Part shown: positions 8,344 through 17,481 of the stretch, one piece after another
Numbering within the stretch: position 1 is the stretch's first letter
Layout of the letters: every line of letters starts with the position of its first letter
Assembly: GCA_026014495.1 (NCBI GenBank)
Contig: JAOZIF010000111.1
Span: forward strand, 1-34,110
Reading direction: 5' to 3'
Length of the DNA stretch: 34,110 nucleotides
Origin: Candidatus Bathyarchaeum sp.
Lineage (GTDB): Archaea > Thermoproteota > Bathyarchaeia > Bathyarchaeales > Bathyarchaeaceae
The notes under the pieces: model-generated
Told to the model about the DNA's origin: nothing
Databases searched by the model: none
Seen by the model: the letters and a program-made list of their open reading frames with translations, nothing else
Made by a program: the position numbers and the translations under genes

Positions 8344-9150
8344 ATGGAACCTTTACTTAATAACCTGCGCAAAGACATCAGAATGCAAAAAGAATCTGAC
8401 CGCCAGATGTCAACTGCATGGATTTTAGTATACATAATCCCCTTCATTGTTAGCCTCGTAATTGCTGCCTATTTTACTGTAACTTTACTAGACGTGTTTT
8501 CTTCAATTGACTTCTCAGACCCTCAATCATACAATTATTCGTACGATTGGCTTCCTGCAGAATTTGTGTCAGTTTGGCTTATGACCTTGTTGATGGGGGC
8601 AGCCAATTGTGTGGTGACAATATTTCTCAATTATCTGCTTGTTAACCGACGAGCTACTCATTTCAAGCGACAAAAGTTTCTTTCTGAAGACATTATCTCT
8701 ACAATCGATTATCTAGCAAAAACAAAGGACATAAGCGTGGATGTCAACTTGTCGTCCCTCCAAAGAACTCTAAGAGAAGCAAACTATGAAGAAACCGAAA
8801 AAAGTGCAATCCTCTGGTCTATTTTGTCTGCGTTTGTTCCCTTTATTCAATTGTATGTTTACTATTTTCTTGTAAAGGATTTTTATCGGCATGAACATAG
8901 AGAGGACGGCTTTTGGGTTGATGCCAGTGGCGCGTTGAACACTTTGGGTGTCAACTTTTCTGTGCCCCAAAGAATCAAACCTATGCCCTATCGAAGCTTT
9001 GTTTTGTATCTTATCTTGTCGATAGTGACTGCGGGCATGTTTGCTGTATACTGGCTTTATGTTTTGGTTAAAGACCCAAATGAACACTTCAAGGCTCATA
9101 TACAAGCAGAAACTCAGTTGTTAACTGCTTTGGAGTCTGTTACAGTCTAA
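8344..9150 (+). CDS. DUF4234-like membrane protein
   Basis: SFVLYLILSIVTAGMFAVYWLYVLVKD pattern and a related earlier repeat (ILWSILSAFVPFIQLYVYYFLVKD). Confidence 0.7.
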   Translation: MEPLLNNLRKDIRMQKESDRQMSTAWILVYIIPFIVSLVIAAYFTVTLLDVFSSIDFSDPQSYNYSYDWLPAEFVSVWLMTLLMGAANCVVTIFLNYLLVNRRATHFKRQKFLSEDIISTIDYLAKTKDISVDVNLSSLQRTLREANYEETEKSAILWSILSAFVPFIQLYVYYFLVKDFYRHEHREDGFWVDASGALNTLGVNFSVPQRIKPMPYRSFVLYLILSIVTAGMFAVYWLYVLVKDPNEHFKAHIQAETQLLTALESVTV

Positions 9151-9172
9151 CCTCTCGTTTTAGTTGTGATTT

Positions 9173-9835
9173 TTACATTCCAAGCAAGTATGGAGTAACA
9201 TACGTTTCTATAACCGCCGCAACAAACAAAAGTACAACAGACACCACGGCAAGAATTATTGTGTCTTTTAATCCCTGTTTTGCCCTTTGCCTATCTACTT
9301 GTTTGCCCCTTAATTTAGCAAGTATCGCCTCAGTGATTGTTGCCTGCCACAAAACTATTGCTGAAAGCTGGAGCAAAAATGCTGGTATTTCAATTATTCC
9401 ATGGGGCACCAGTCCTATTATCGGGTAAGCTACGCCATTGTTTATTCCTGCTATTACAGCCACTGCTCCAATTACTCCGCTGTTAAGTATAATCTCTAAC
9501 GCTAACACTACTGGTCCCAAGACAGGAATCCACACAATCATTCGGATTGGATTCCAGAAATGTCCGCTGTTGTTCAGGAAAATGTAAGAAAGAAACTCTA
9601 AATTGTATGCAGAAGGCAAGTCATCGAAACTGAACAATGACTGCGTGAGCGAACTTAAACTATCTGAAAGCTCTGGAGAAACATAGAAAACTGTAATCGC
9701 TACAACTATGGCAACCACTAGTACAATAAAAAAAGCCAATGATACCGACTTAACTATCAAACTGTTTCGATTAACCGCATCTTTAATTGCCTTTATCGCC
9801 TTCAAGAACTGTAACTTAATCCGCAGAAGAAGCAT
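9173..9835 (-). CDS. SpoIIM-family membrane protein
   Basis: IFLNN and LVPHGIIEIPA motifs and C-terminal AAVIETYVTP, all typical of the stage II sporulation protein M family. Confidence 0.85.
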   Translation of the reverse strand: MLLLRIKLQFLKAIKAIKDAVNRNSLIVKSVSLAFFIVLVVAIVVAITVFYVSPELSDSLSSLTQSLFSFDDLPSAYNLEFLSYIFLNNSGHFWNPIRMIVWIPVLGPVVLALEIILNSGVIGAVAVIAGINNGVAYPIIGLVPHGIIEIPAFLLQLSAIVLWQATITEAILAKLRGKQVDRQRAKQGLKDTIILAVVSVVLLFVAAVIETYVTPYLLGM

Positions 9836-9941
9836 CCTCCAACAACCTTTAACACCATTTCACGATTAAAACTTTTAGCCGAAAAAGAAAACCTCAACGA
9901 ATATTTTTTAAAGTTATTTACCACTCTTAAACAAACGTTTC

Positions 9942-11645
9942 TTGTGGCTAATGGATTCGGAACGAGCGCAAATGACAATGCAGTTGACTGAAAAACTAAA
10001 AGAAAACATACTCAAAATATGCGATGACATCGCTGGCTCTAGGCAAATCACCGCAGTTTGCATCTACGGTCCATGGGCTTGCGGTTACGCCGACAAGAAA
10101 ACTGACCTAAACGTTTTGTTAATTATACAAAACTTTACTCTCCGCCTAAATTCATACTCTGAGATTGTGGACGACCTCACTATCTCAGTTTTGGCAGTTA
10201 ACCGCTTGGACTTTGAAAGAGACATTACCAAAGGCTGGCTCGGCGAATTCTTTGCCGAAAAGGTCACAGTTCCATATGAGCCACTAAAAAATGCAGAATA
10301 TCTGCAGTTCAATGAACTGAAAATAAAAAAGAGAACTATTCTGGAGCTTCTTGAAAACCTGATTTTAGAATTTCCTGAATCATCCCATGAGTTTCTCATT
10401 CAAAAAGAGTACTTCATGTATGAAGTAATGATGAGACGAGCTAAATTGTTCCCTCCTGTTGCCTACAGCTTTCTTAACATTACCCTAAGCAATTTTGGAG
10501 CCAAAAATCTGGAAAACATTATGGATGGTTACCTAAACGCCCTCAAAGAACTGGAAAATGAAAACATAATCACTGATTTAGGTGACTGCATAAAACTTAA
10601 TCAAAATCATATTATAGCTGTAAAAAAACGGAAACTAAGATTACCCCAGCTCTTCAAGGCATTTCAAAGAATGGCAATGCCTCCTATTCTTAGTGTCTTT
10701 TCTGAATCTGCAAGTTTCATTATCCAAGAACAGCGGCTCTTTAATAGTGCTCATCAAAAAATCAGGGCTAATGGATTGATTTCTCAACTGGAAGACCCCA
10801 AAAAACATGTTTTTCTCCCAACGCCTCTTGGTGCAATCCCTCTATCAGATAAATCTAGCATTAGAGATGTAGCTCGGTCAATTATTCCAGACGGCGAGTT
10901 TTCGAAGATATCCGTCAAAAATATCGGCGGCGTATTGAATGAAGTGTTTCTTCTTACTTTAACAAAAAATGGTGAAGAACAAAAGTTTATAGTTAAACAA
11001 TTTTTAGACTGGTCAAATCTGAAGTGGCTCTCTTTAACAATGTGGTCGTTTGGAACAACATCCTTCTCTGTGCTTGGGCGGTCTAGGCTAGAAAAAGAAT
11101 ACGCCATAAACAAGTTTCTAAGTAGCAACGGTTTCCCAGTTCCAAAAATTTTTTACATAAGCCACCAAAAACGCATGATTTTTGAAGAATACATTGAAGG
11201 CGAGGAACTTGTGGAAACAATCAAGCGAATTATAGCTTCTAACAAAGCTACAAAAGATATTGCTCTAGTGAAAGAAGCAGGACGAAAGGTAGCTCAGGCA
11301 CATGGTTTGGGTGTCAGTTTGGGCGACTGCAAGCCAGAAAACTTTCTTGTCAAAAACGATGAACTTGTTTTACTTGACCTTGAGCAGGCAACACGTGACG
11401 GCAATCAATCATGGGACATCGCCGAATTTCTATACTACTCTGGACACTACAGCCCACCGCTGTCTTCAACCAATGCTGCAAGCATCATAGCAAGAAATTT
11501 TATTGAAGCTTATCTGGAAGCTGGAGGAAAAAAAGAAACCGTAAAAAAAGCTGCATCAGCACGATACACCAAAGTTTTTAGTGTCTTTACGCCACCCCAT
11601 GTTTTGCTTGCTATTTCTAATATCTGCCAAAAAATGGGAACATAA
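9942..11645 (+). CDS. Nucleotidyltransferase-like domain fused to a Bud32/Kdo/RIO-like kinase
   Basis: N-terminal IYGPWACGYADKKTDLNVLL (pol-beta/MNT-like). C-terminal IVKQF, EKEY, PVPKI, EEYIEG, LGDCKPENFL, LLDLEQA. Confidence 0.8.
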   Translation: MWLMDSERAQMTMQLTEKLKENILKICDDIAGSRQITAVCIYGPWACGYADKKTDLNVLLIIQNFTLRLNSYSEIVDDLTISVLAVNRLDFERDITKGWLGEFFAEKVTVPYEPLKNAEYLQFNELKIKKRTILELLENLILEFPESSHEFLIQKEYFMYEVMMRRAKLFPPVAYSFLNITLSNFGAKNLENIMDGYLNALKELENENIITDLGDCIKLNQNHIIAVKKRKLRLPQLFKAFQRMAMPPILSVFSESASFIIQEQRLFNSAHQKIRANGLISQLEDPKKHVFLPTPLGAIPLSDKSSIRDVARSIIPDGEFSKISVKNIGGVLNEVFLLTLTKNGEEQKFIVKQFLDWSNLKWLSLTMWSFGTTSFSVLGRSRLEKEYAINKFLSSNGFPVPKIFYISHQKRMIFEEYIEGEELVETIKRIIASNKATKDIALVKEAGRKVAQAHGLGVSLGDCKPENFLVKNDELVLLDLEQATRDGNQSWDIAEFLYYSGHYSPPLSSTNAASIIARNFIEAYLEAGGKKETVKKAASARYTKVFSVFTPPHVLLAISNICQKMGT

Positions 11646-11705
11646 ACCTCTACAAACAAATCCTAAGAAAATATGCAAAAATGTGTGGTCTGTTTGGTGA
11701 TTTTC

Positions 11706-13334
11706 TCACTCTTGTAGTTGTTCGGTAAGCGTTTGAGCTTCACTTTCTGATAACCAACCCTCATCTTTTAGTTCTGTGATTCCCTTTAGTACGCTTACCT
11801 GTAACTCTGGAGTTCGCAAGATGCTTGCTTTGAGTCCCGCTTCTGTTATCTCCTTTTCAAACACGGGATTCTCTTGGGTCAAATACACAAGCTGGTCAAG
11901 AAGGGCTGCAATGTTTTCTGAGCGTGGTTGCAGAAATGACTTCATTTTTCCAGCTCCAAAGACGCCCCTCAATTTTGTTTTAATTCCCATGCTGCCCACG
12001 TACGATGGAGGGTAGACAACATATCTTTTTCCAACCTCTGTCTCGTAACAAACAAAATAGACCGGAAGATAAACAATAACATTCTTTCTTCTTCTCTCTT
12101 CAACGCCAATGCTGTCAATCTCGTTTAAGGCCGCTTCCTTTGTTTTAATCATGCCATCAATTTGTTTTATTATGGAAGACGTTTTTTCCTCTAAATCTGC
12201 TAATTCCTGCTGTTCCAGTCTGACTCTTGCTTCTTTTGCAGCTTCTATGTCACGAAGCACCTTCATTGCTTCGTCAAGTCGATCATCTGGTTTTGTTCTT
12301 GCCCTAGATACTGCAATTTTCTTTGCATCCTCGACGTTCTCTATTTCTCTGTCAATCTCTTTGATTTCTTTATTCAAAGATGGAATTTTCTTTCTAGCTT
12401 CATCCAGTTTTTCGTTTATCTGAAATTCTCCGGCTTCATCTTTGTTTTCTCTAGAATCTTTTATGTCCGCTTCATAGCGTTCTATTTCTGTTGACAATCT
12501 TTCAAGCGTTTTTTCTATACTGACTCTGTTTTGGTGAAGTGTACGAAGTTTTCGGTCATATTTCTTGGAGATTCTGGTAACTTCTTCATCGCGTTTCTCT
12601 TTAATTTTCGCTATCTTCTCCATTACTTTGGGTTTGACCTTCTTTATTTTTTTGTCAAACTCTTTCATGGTCTCTTTCATTTCTGCTTGAAGTGCTTTTA
12701 CTTGTTCTCTTGTACCTTTACTGAGGAGCTTCATGCTGCTGCTTAGTTCTTTTACTTCATCTTCTATTGTGTCTCTTAGGTCAGAAAGCTTACTAATGGA
12801 TGCTGAAACCTCAGACGAATCCAGCATGGGCGATAAAATTGCTTTTGGTGTTGTAAGTTTCTCTGCATTCTCGGCATTTTGTAGGTAATTCATTAAATCT
12901 TCAAGAAATTCTGGGTTTCTGATGAGACCTTTTATTGTTTTTTCCTCTTTTCCGGCAAACTTTTGGAAGTAACTAATGTTCTGGGATAAAGCTGCACAGT
13001 ATGCTTCTCTGGATTTTGCGCTTGTTTGAATGTCATTGTCGAATGTTTTGATGTCTGGAAGTACGTTATATTCTATTGTTGGGTTAGTGAATTCTAGCCC
13101 ATCGAAAACAAGGGTTCTTCCACGCCATGGAATCAACCATAGTGGATAGCATGTTTCTGATATGAATGAATGATTTTCTTCAGGTTTCTTTAAAACGCGA
13201 CCTTCGCCTTTTTTTCGGTCTCTTTCGGCTAGGTAGAAGACTGCCGCCATCTCCATGTTTTTAGTGAATGGTACGTAACGGTCTTTGGCGGCAACAGCGA
13301 AGGGTAGAATAAGTTTTTTTGTATTTTTAACCAA
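11706..13334 (-). CDS. Hypothetical protein with long central coiled coil
   Basis: 542 aa; an E/K-rich heptad region of roughly aa 195-410 flanked by globular ends; GGGTGTGA SD before TTG. Confidence 0.85.
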   Translation of the reverse strand: MVKNTKKLILPFAVAAKDRYVPFTKNMEMAAVFYLAERDRKKGEGRVLKKPEENHSFISETCYPLWLIPWRGRTLVFDGLEFTNPTIEYNVLPDIKTFDNDIQTSAKSREAYCAALSQNISYFQKFAGKEEKTIKGLIRNPEFLEDLMNYLQNAENAEKLTTPKAILSPMLDSSEVSASISKLSDLRDTIEDEVKELSSSMKLLSKGTREQVKALQAEMKETMKEFDKKIKKVKPKVMEKIAKIKEKRDEEVTRISKKYDRKLRTLHQNRVSIEKTLERLSTEIERYEADIKDSRENKDEAGEFQINEKLDEARKKIPSLNKEIKEIDREIENVEDAKKIAVSRARTKPDDRLDEAMKVLRDIEAAKEARVRLEQQELADLEEKTSSIIKQIDGMIKTKEAALNEIDSIGVEERRRKNVIVYLPVYFVCYETEVGKRYVVYPPSYVGSMGIKTKLRGVFGAGKMKSFLQPRSENIAALLDQLVYLTQENPVFEKEITEAGLKASILRTPELQVSVLKGITELKDEGWLSESEAQTLTEQLQE

Positions 13335-13613
13335 GTTTCACACCCATTGCAGTCCGTCTGTATTGATTTTTGTGTGAGACATTGTGGTGCTTACTTGTCA
13401 TGCTAGTTTCGCATCCCTTACGTTAGACGAATTCGATTGTATCCTAACCATGAATTGTTATTTAGGTTTTGTTGCTTTACGGGTCATTGTCACGACCGCG
13501 GTAGCATCTTATTATTTACGCTAAAAATTTAACATGCGACTTGTCTGAAACCCGTTTTTGAGTACGTAGCATTTAAATGTGTGTTGAATATTTGCAGTTG
13601 GCGGTAGTTAACT

Positions 13614-14144
13614 GTGAATTATTTGAAAGACATCCCCTTGGGGGAAAAGCCCCCTAAACTATTGAATGCTGTCATCGAAGTTGTGAGCGGCTCAAGGGAC
13701 AAGTATGAGTACAAATCAGAGTGGGAAGCTTTTGTTTTGGATCGGATGATTCCTTCTTCTGTTGTTTTTCCTATCGAGTACGGTTTTGTTCCTCAAACAT
13801 GGTACGATGATAATGACCCTCTTGACATTATGGTTATGAGCTATGAGCCCTTAGAAGTCGGTTGTATTGTTCGTGTTCGAGTTATCGGCGTTTTGATGAT
13901 TGAAGACGAGAAAGGAGCAGACCCAAAGATTTTGTCAGTTCTTACTGACGATGCACGGTTCGAGGGAATCCATGACATAACCGATGTTCACATCCACCAG
14001 CTTAGGGAAATACAGGAATTCTTTGAAACATACAAACGCCTAGAGCCTCACAAGTGGGTTAACGTAAAAGAGTGGCAACCCGCAGAGAAAGCACATGAGC
14101 TTGTCCAGTACGCCGCCAAAAAGTACGACGCAAACAAAGCCTAA
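13614..14144 (+). CDS. ppa: Inorganic pyrophosphatase (family I)
   Basis: KYEY, YGFVPQT, DDNDPLD catalytic motif, D-K-I, FFETYKRLE. Confidence 0.97.
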   Translation: MNYLKDIPLGEKPPKLLNAVIEVVSGSRDKYEYKSEWEAFVLDRMIPSSVVFPIEYGFVPQTWYDDNDPLDIMVMSYEPLEVGCIVRVRVIGVLMIEDEKGADPKILSVLTDDARFEGIHDITDVHIHQLREIQEFFETYKRLEPHKWVNVKEWQPAEKAHELVQYAAKKYDANKA

Positions 14145-14277
14145 AGCCTGTGAACAAGCGGCTCATTAAATAATTATTTAGCGTGAGCTATTCAATCTTT
14201 TTAGTTATTTTTAGACATCATTTTATTGTGAACCAAAAAGGCTTTTTATGTTCTAAACTAGTGACTTACGATTAACT

Positions 14278-14949
14278 ATGCCACTAAAGGCTGTACTCTT
14301 CGATTTGGGCTTAACTCTCATACGAACTGCATCTTTTCCAGAAATCTACAAGCAAATTCTTGCCCATTTTGAGATTACAGTAAAAATTGAAGACATTATC
14401 CAGGCTCAGAAGGCAACAGAAAACGAGTTTGACACCTCAACTTATACTGAAGAGAATCGAAAAGAATTCTGGACCAACTACAATGTTGCTGTGCTAAAAA
14501 AGCTGGGCGTAGAAAAGAACGCTGTCTTTGTGGCTGCACAGATTGATGAGCTTTGGTGGGACTGCTCTCATGTGCAGCTTTATCCTGACGCGGAGTCTAC
14601 TCTTTTTGGATTAAAATCTAAAGGCTTGAAGATTGGGCTTGTATCTAACGGCTTTAAACAGGACCTTGACCGTGTTCTAGGCGAATTAGACCTGAAGAAA
14701 TGGTTTGATGCAATCGTGTGTATAGACTCCTGTAACTGCGCCAAACCCAGCAAAGAGATTTTTTTGTATGCACTAGACCAGCTTGAAATCAAAGCTAATG
14801 AAGCCATTTTTGTCGGAGACTCTATTTTGTACGACTACGAAGGCGCAACAAGAGTGGGAATTAAGCCCTACCTAATAGACAGAGAAAAGAAGCCTCAAAG
14901 CAAATATGACACAATTGCAAGCCTAACAGAGTTACTATCATTGGTGTAG
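14278..14949 (+). CDS. HAD-superfamily hydrolase (subfamily IA)
   Basis: VLFDLGLTL motif I, VSN motif II, AKP motif III, VGDS...D motif IV. Confidence 0.92.
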   Translation: MPLKAVLFDLGLTLIRTASFPEIYKQILAHFEITVKIEDIIQAQKATENEFDTSTYTEENRKEFWTNYNVAVLKKLGVEKNAVFVAAQIDELWWDCSHVQLYPDAESTLFGLKSKGLKIGLVSNGFKQDLDRVLGELDLKKWFDAIVCIDSCNCAKPSKEIFLYALDQLEIKANEAIFVGDSILYDYEGATRVGIKPYLIDREKKPQSKYDTIASLTELLSLV

Positions 14950-14960
14950 AAAAAAGGTGG

Positions 14961-15290
14961 CTATTCGGGCAGGTCTTCGAATACCTGTTTCATGCTCTTT
15001 CGGTATTCTTTGAATGCTGCTCGTCCCTTGTCTGTGAGCTTTAGTGTTGTGTGAGGCTTTTTGTCTACGAACTCCTTTTCCACAGAAACGTAGCCTGCAT
15101 CTTCCAGTTTGCGTACATGCGAGGATATGTTGCCCCATGTCAGCCCTGTTTGTCGCTGCAAAAAAAGAAAGTCTGCACTTTCGACAACAAACAAGTGAGC
15201 TACGATTATTAGCCTTGCAGGTTCATGTATTATTTTGTCGATGAGTTGAATCGCTTTTTCCTTGTCTTCGTTTGTTTTGGTGGGATTCAT
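14961..15290 (-). CDS. Winged-helix transcriptional regulator (ArsR/MarR-like, HTH_34 type)
   Basis: IHEPARL...F..L...TGLTWGNISSHVRKLEDAGYV...KKPHT...LTDKGRAAF. Confidence 0.93.
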   Translation of the reverse strand: MNPTKTNEDKEKAIQLIDKIIHEPARLIIVAHLFVVESADFLFLQRQTGLTWGNISSHVRKLEDAGYVSVEKEFVDKKPHTTLKLTDKGRAAFKEYRKSMKQVFEDLPE

Positions 15291-15293
15291 TTT

Positions 15294-15899
15294 CTATGCA
15301 TCCGCTGTTTCAGTTGCTTTAGGGTATTTGCGTATAAACCTGACCAACATGGCTAATCCATATGCTAGTATTGTAATGCCTAACACGGTCAGGTAGTATT
15401 GTAGAGGGAAATATATGAAGTGCCCAAAAACAAACAGGACTGCTGTTAGCAACGCATACGTATACATGCGATTCGTTCTGAAACTATAACCCGCTAACAA
15501 AAACAGACACGTTCCAATCGCGCCAATAGTCAGCATATAGTTTTCAATTAGAAACATCAACCAAGATGGTGCGCCTTCGCCGGTAGTTTGCACAAACGCC
15601 ATCATCGCCACAGCAAAAGATAGCAAACCCAGAACAAACAGTCCTATGTTTATTCTTTTAACTCTTTGTTGAGGAAATTTGACGTACCCAATTCTGGGAA
15701 CTGTGAATGTTTTCTTTGCACCCGCATAAAATGACATTGCTAGGACGCTGCTGATGCCGCCTAGCCATGGCATGTCTGTGAACATCATGATTGCGAATGC
15801 TAAAATTATTGATGATATGGAGATGTCTAATATTCCGTCTTGGTGGTATGATGTGTATGCTTTTCTGGCAATCTCTTTTATGTTGATTTTTTGGTTCAT
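15294..15899 (-). CDS. Hypothetical membrane protein, co-operonic with the winged-helix regulator
   Basis: 201 aa with about six TM segments and a PRIGYVKF loop; 3-nt gap to the regulator. Confidence 0.85.
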   Translation of the reverse strand: MNQKINIKEIARKAYTSYHQDGILDISISSIILAFAIMMFTDMPWLGGISSVLAMSFYAGAKKTFTVPRIGYVKFPQQRVKRINIGLFVLGLLSFAVAMMAFVQTTGEGAPSWLMFLIENYMLTIGAIGTCLFLLAGYSFRTNRMYTYALLTAVLFVFGHFIYFPLQYYLTVLGITILAYGLAMLVRFIRKYPKATETADA

Positions 15900-15923
15900 T
15901 TGTGTCGCCTGCTATTATATTAT

Positions 15924-15974
15924 ACTTTGTACTATATAATACTTTGCACTGCAAAGTGCTTTGTATTAGTATTT
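15924..15974. promoter_or_regulatory. Operator array: perfect palindrome ACTTTGCA-C-TGCAAAGT with two flanking half-sites
   Basis: Palindrome at 15941-15957. RCTTTGYA half-sites start at 15924, 15941 and 15958 (17-bp period) and bracket a minus-strand TATA-like element (TATTATATAG) about 33 nt upstream of ATG 15899. Confidence 0.75.
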
Positions 15975-16026
15975 AGGATGGCGCACAAAAAACCAAAAAG
16001 TTTCCAACACAAAACTAAACAATCAA

Positions 16027-16500
16027 TTAATCTATAGGCGCATAAATCTCTATCAGCAACTCTTCTTCAGAAACCTCATGTGGATCATTCAAATAGATTT
16101 CTCGTATTGGACCTGTAATTGTTTTTTTGTTTTTTTCCAGCCAAACAAACAACCTCTCATATGTGGTGCCCTCTTCTCGATATGGGCCTTTATGGACGGT
16201 TTTTACCATCTTAGCTGCGGGCAGCTTGTAACACGTTATTTCTTTTGTTTCTTTACCGCGTTTGAGTATTGGAATTGCAACTTCTACGTCTGCGGTTCCT
16301 TCTTTGTCTGCTTTTGTTGCGTCTTCTACGTTGGTTTCGTGGCAAATGTATATTGGTGGTCCAATCATTTGGATGCCATTTTGTGCTGCGTATTGGCATA
16401 CTTGTGGAATTAGCTCTCCAATGAGTTTGTATGGTCCTATTTTTCTTGTTCCTAGAACTAGTTTAGGTTCTATGTTTACTATGAGAAATGGTTCACTCAA
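16027..16500 (-). CDS. GyrI-like small-molecule-binding domain protein
   Basis: GPPIYICH, VEVAIPI, VHKGPY...YERLFVWLE...GPIREIYLNDP. Confidence 0.92.
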   Translation of the reverse strand: MSEPFLIVNIEPKLVLGTRKIGPYKLIGELIPQVCQYAAQNGIQMIGPPIYICHETNVEDATKADKEGTADVEVAIPILKRGKETKEITCYKLPAAKMVKTVHKGPYREEGTTYERLFVWLEKNKKTITGPIREIYLNDPHEVSEEELLIEIYAPID

Positions 16501-16692
16501 TTTTTTTCACCCGTTTTCTTGTTGGTTGGTGTTTGTATTTATGGTTTAAGCATATCCGTAACTTGAGGAAGTAGAGAGATGAGTGAAACAAAATCGGGAA
16601 TGTTCTCTTGTTTTGTGGATTGCAAACATTTAGTATAAATAGGGTGATTGTGTCAAGTCGTTTGATAGAACCTGCGTGATGAGCTGATAGTT

Positions 16693-17481
16693 ATGACTGA
16701 ATTTATTGCTGAAGGTAGCGATGTTTTCCTTTACTTGGACCAAAGAAGAACATATCTCGTTAAAGTAGAGGCAGAAAAGAGTTTTCACACACACAAAGGC
16801 TACATCCAGCTAGGAGACCTTATCGGAAAAGAATACGGAACCAGAATAGCCAGCAGCATGGACGTAGAGTTTGTTGCCCTTAAACCCAACCTGCGTGACT
16901 ACATTTTCAAAACAAACAGGCGAACCCAGATTTCGTACCCCAAAGACATATCGCTTATCATCCTGTACAGTGGAATTGGATCAGAAAGCCGTGTGGTGGA
17001 AGCAGGAACAGGAACAGGTGCACTCACAAGCGCTATAGCGCACTACATCAAGCCCTCTGGACGAGTTTACACTTACGAAATGAGGCAAGAGTTCCAAAAA
17101 AATGCTAAAAAAAACTTAGAGCGCGCAGGGCTCCTAGATTATGTGGAGTTAAAAGAGGGAGATGTAACTGAAGGAATTGAAGAAAAAGATTTGGATGCAG
17201 TAATTTTGGACATGGCAACTCCATGGCTGGTTGTTCCGCATGCTTATACTGCACTGAAAGGAAGCGGAGCGTTGGTGTCTTTTAGTCCTACCATTGATCA
17301 GGTTGTGAAGGTTGTGGAAGCATTAGCTGATTATGGCTTTGTTGGCGTCGAAACCATTGAAACTCTTATCCGCTTTATGCAGGTGGAAAGGGGGAAGACA
17401 CGCCCCCAAACCGTTATGACTGGTCATACTGGTTACCTCACGTTTGCTCGTAAGGCAGTCAATGCGCCGCAGCAAGTTTAG
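16693..17481 (+). CDS. trmI: tRNA (adenine-N1)-methyltransferase TrmI
   Basis: HTHKG, QISYPKD, VVEAGTGTGALT, LDMATPW, RP...HTGYL. Its stop codon overlaps the convergent gene by 4 bp. Confidence 0.95.
   Translation: MTEFIAEGSDVFLYLDQRRTYLVKVEAEKSFHTHKGYIQLGDLIGKEYGTRIASSMDVEFVALKPNLRDYIFKTNRRTQISYPKDISLIILYSGIGSESRVVEAGTGTGALTSAIAHYIKPSGRVYTYEMRQEFQKNAKKNLERAGLLDYVELKEGDVTEGIEEKDLDAVILDMATPWLVVPHAYTALKGSGALVSFSPTIDQVVKVVEALADYGFVGVETIETLIRFMQVERGKTRPQTVMTGHTGYLTFARKAVNAPQQV

Noticed and set aside
9173-9835. SpoIIM as evidence of sporulation
   Set aside because: The family is widespread in non-sporulating prokaryotes and no other spo genes are present.
16676-16687. GTGATGA-G-CTGA, resembling box C plus box D in the trmI leader
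   Set aside because: Only 1 nt separates the boxes, so there is no guide and the loop is too tight for a K-loop. GTGAT is also explained as an SD element.
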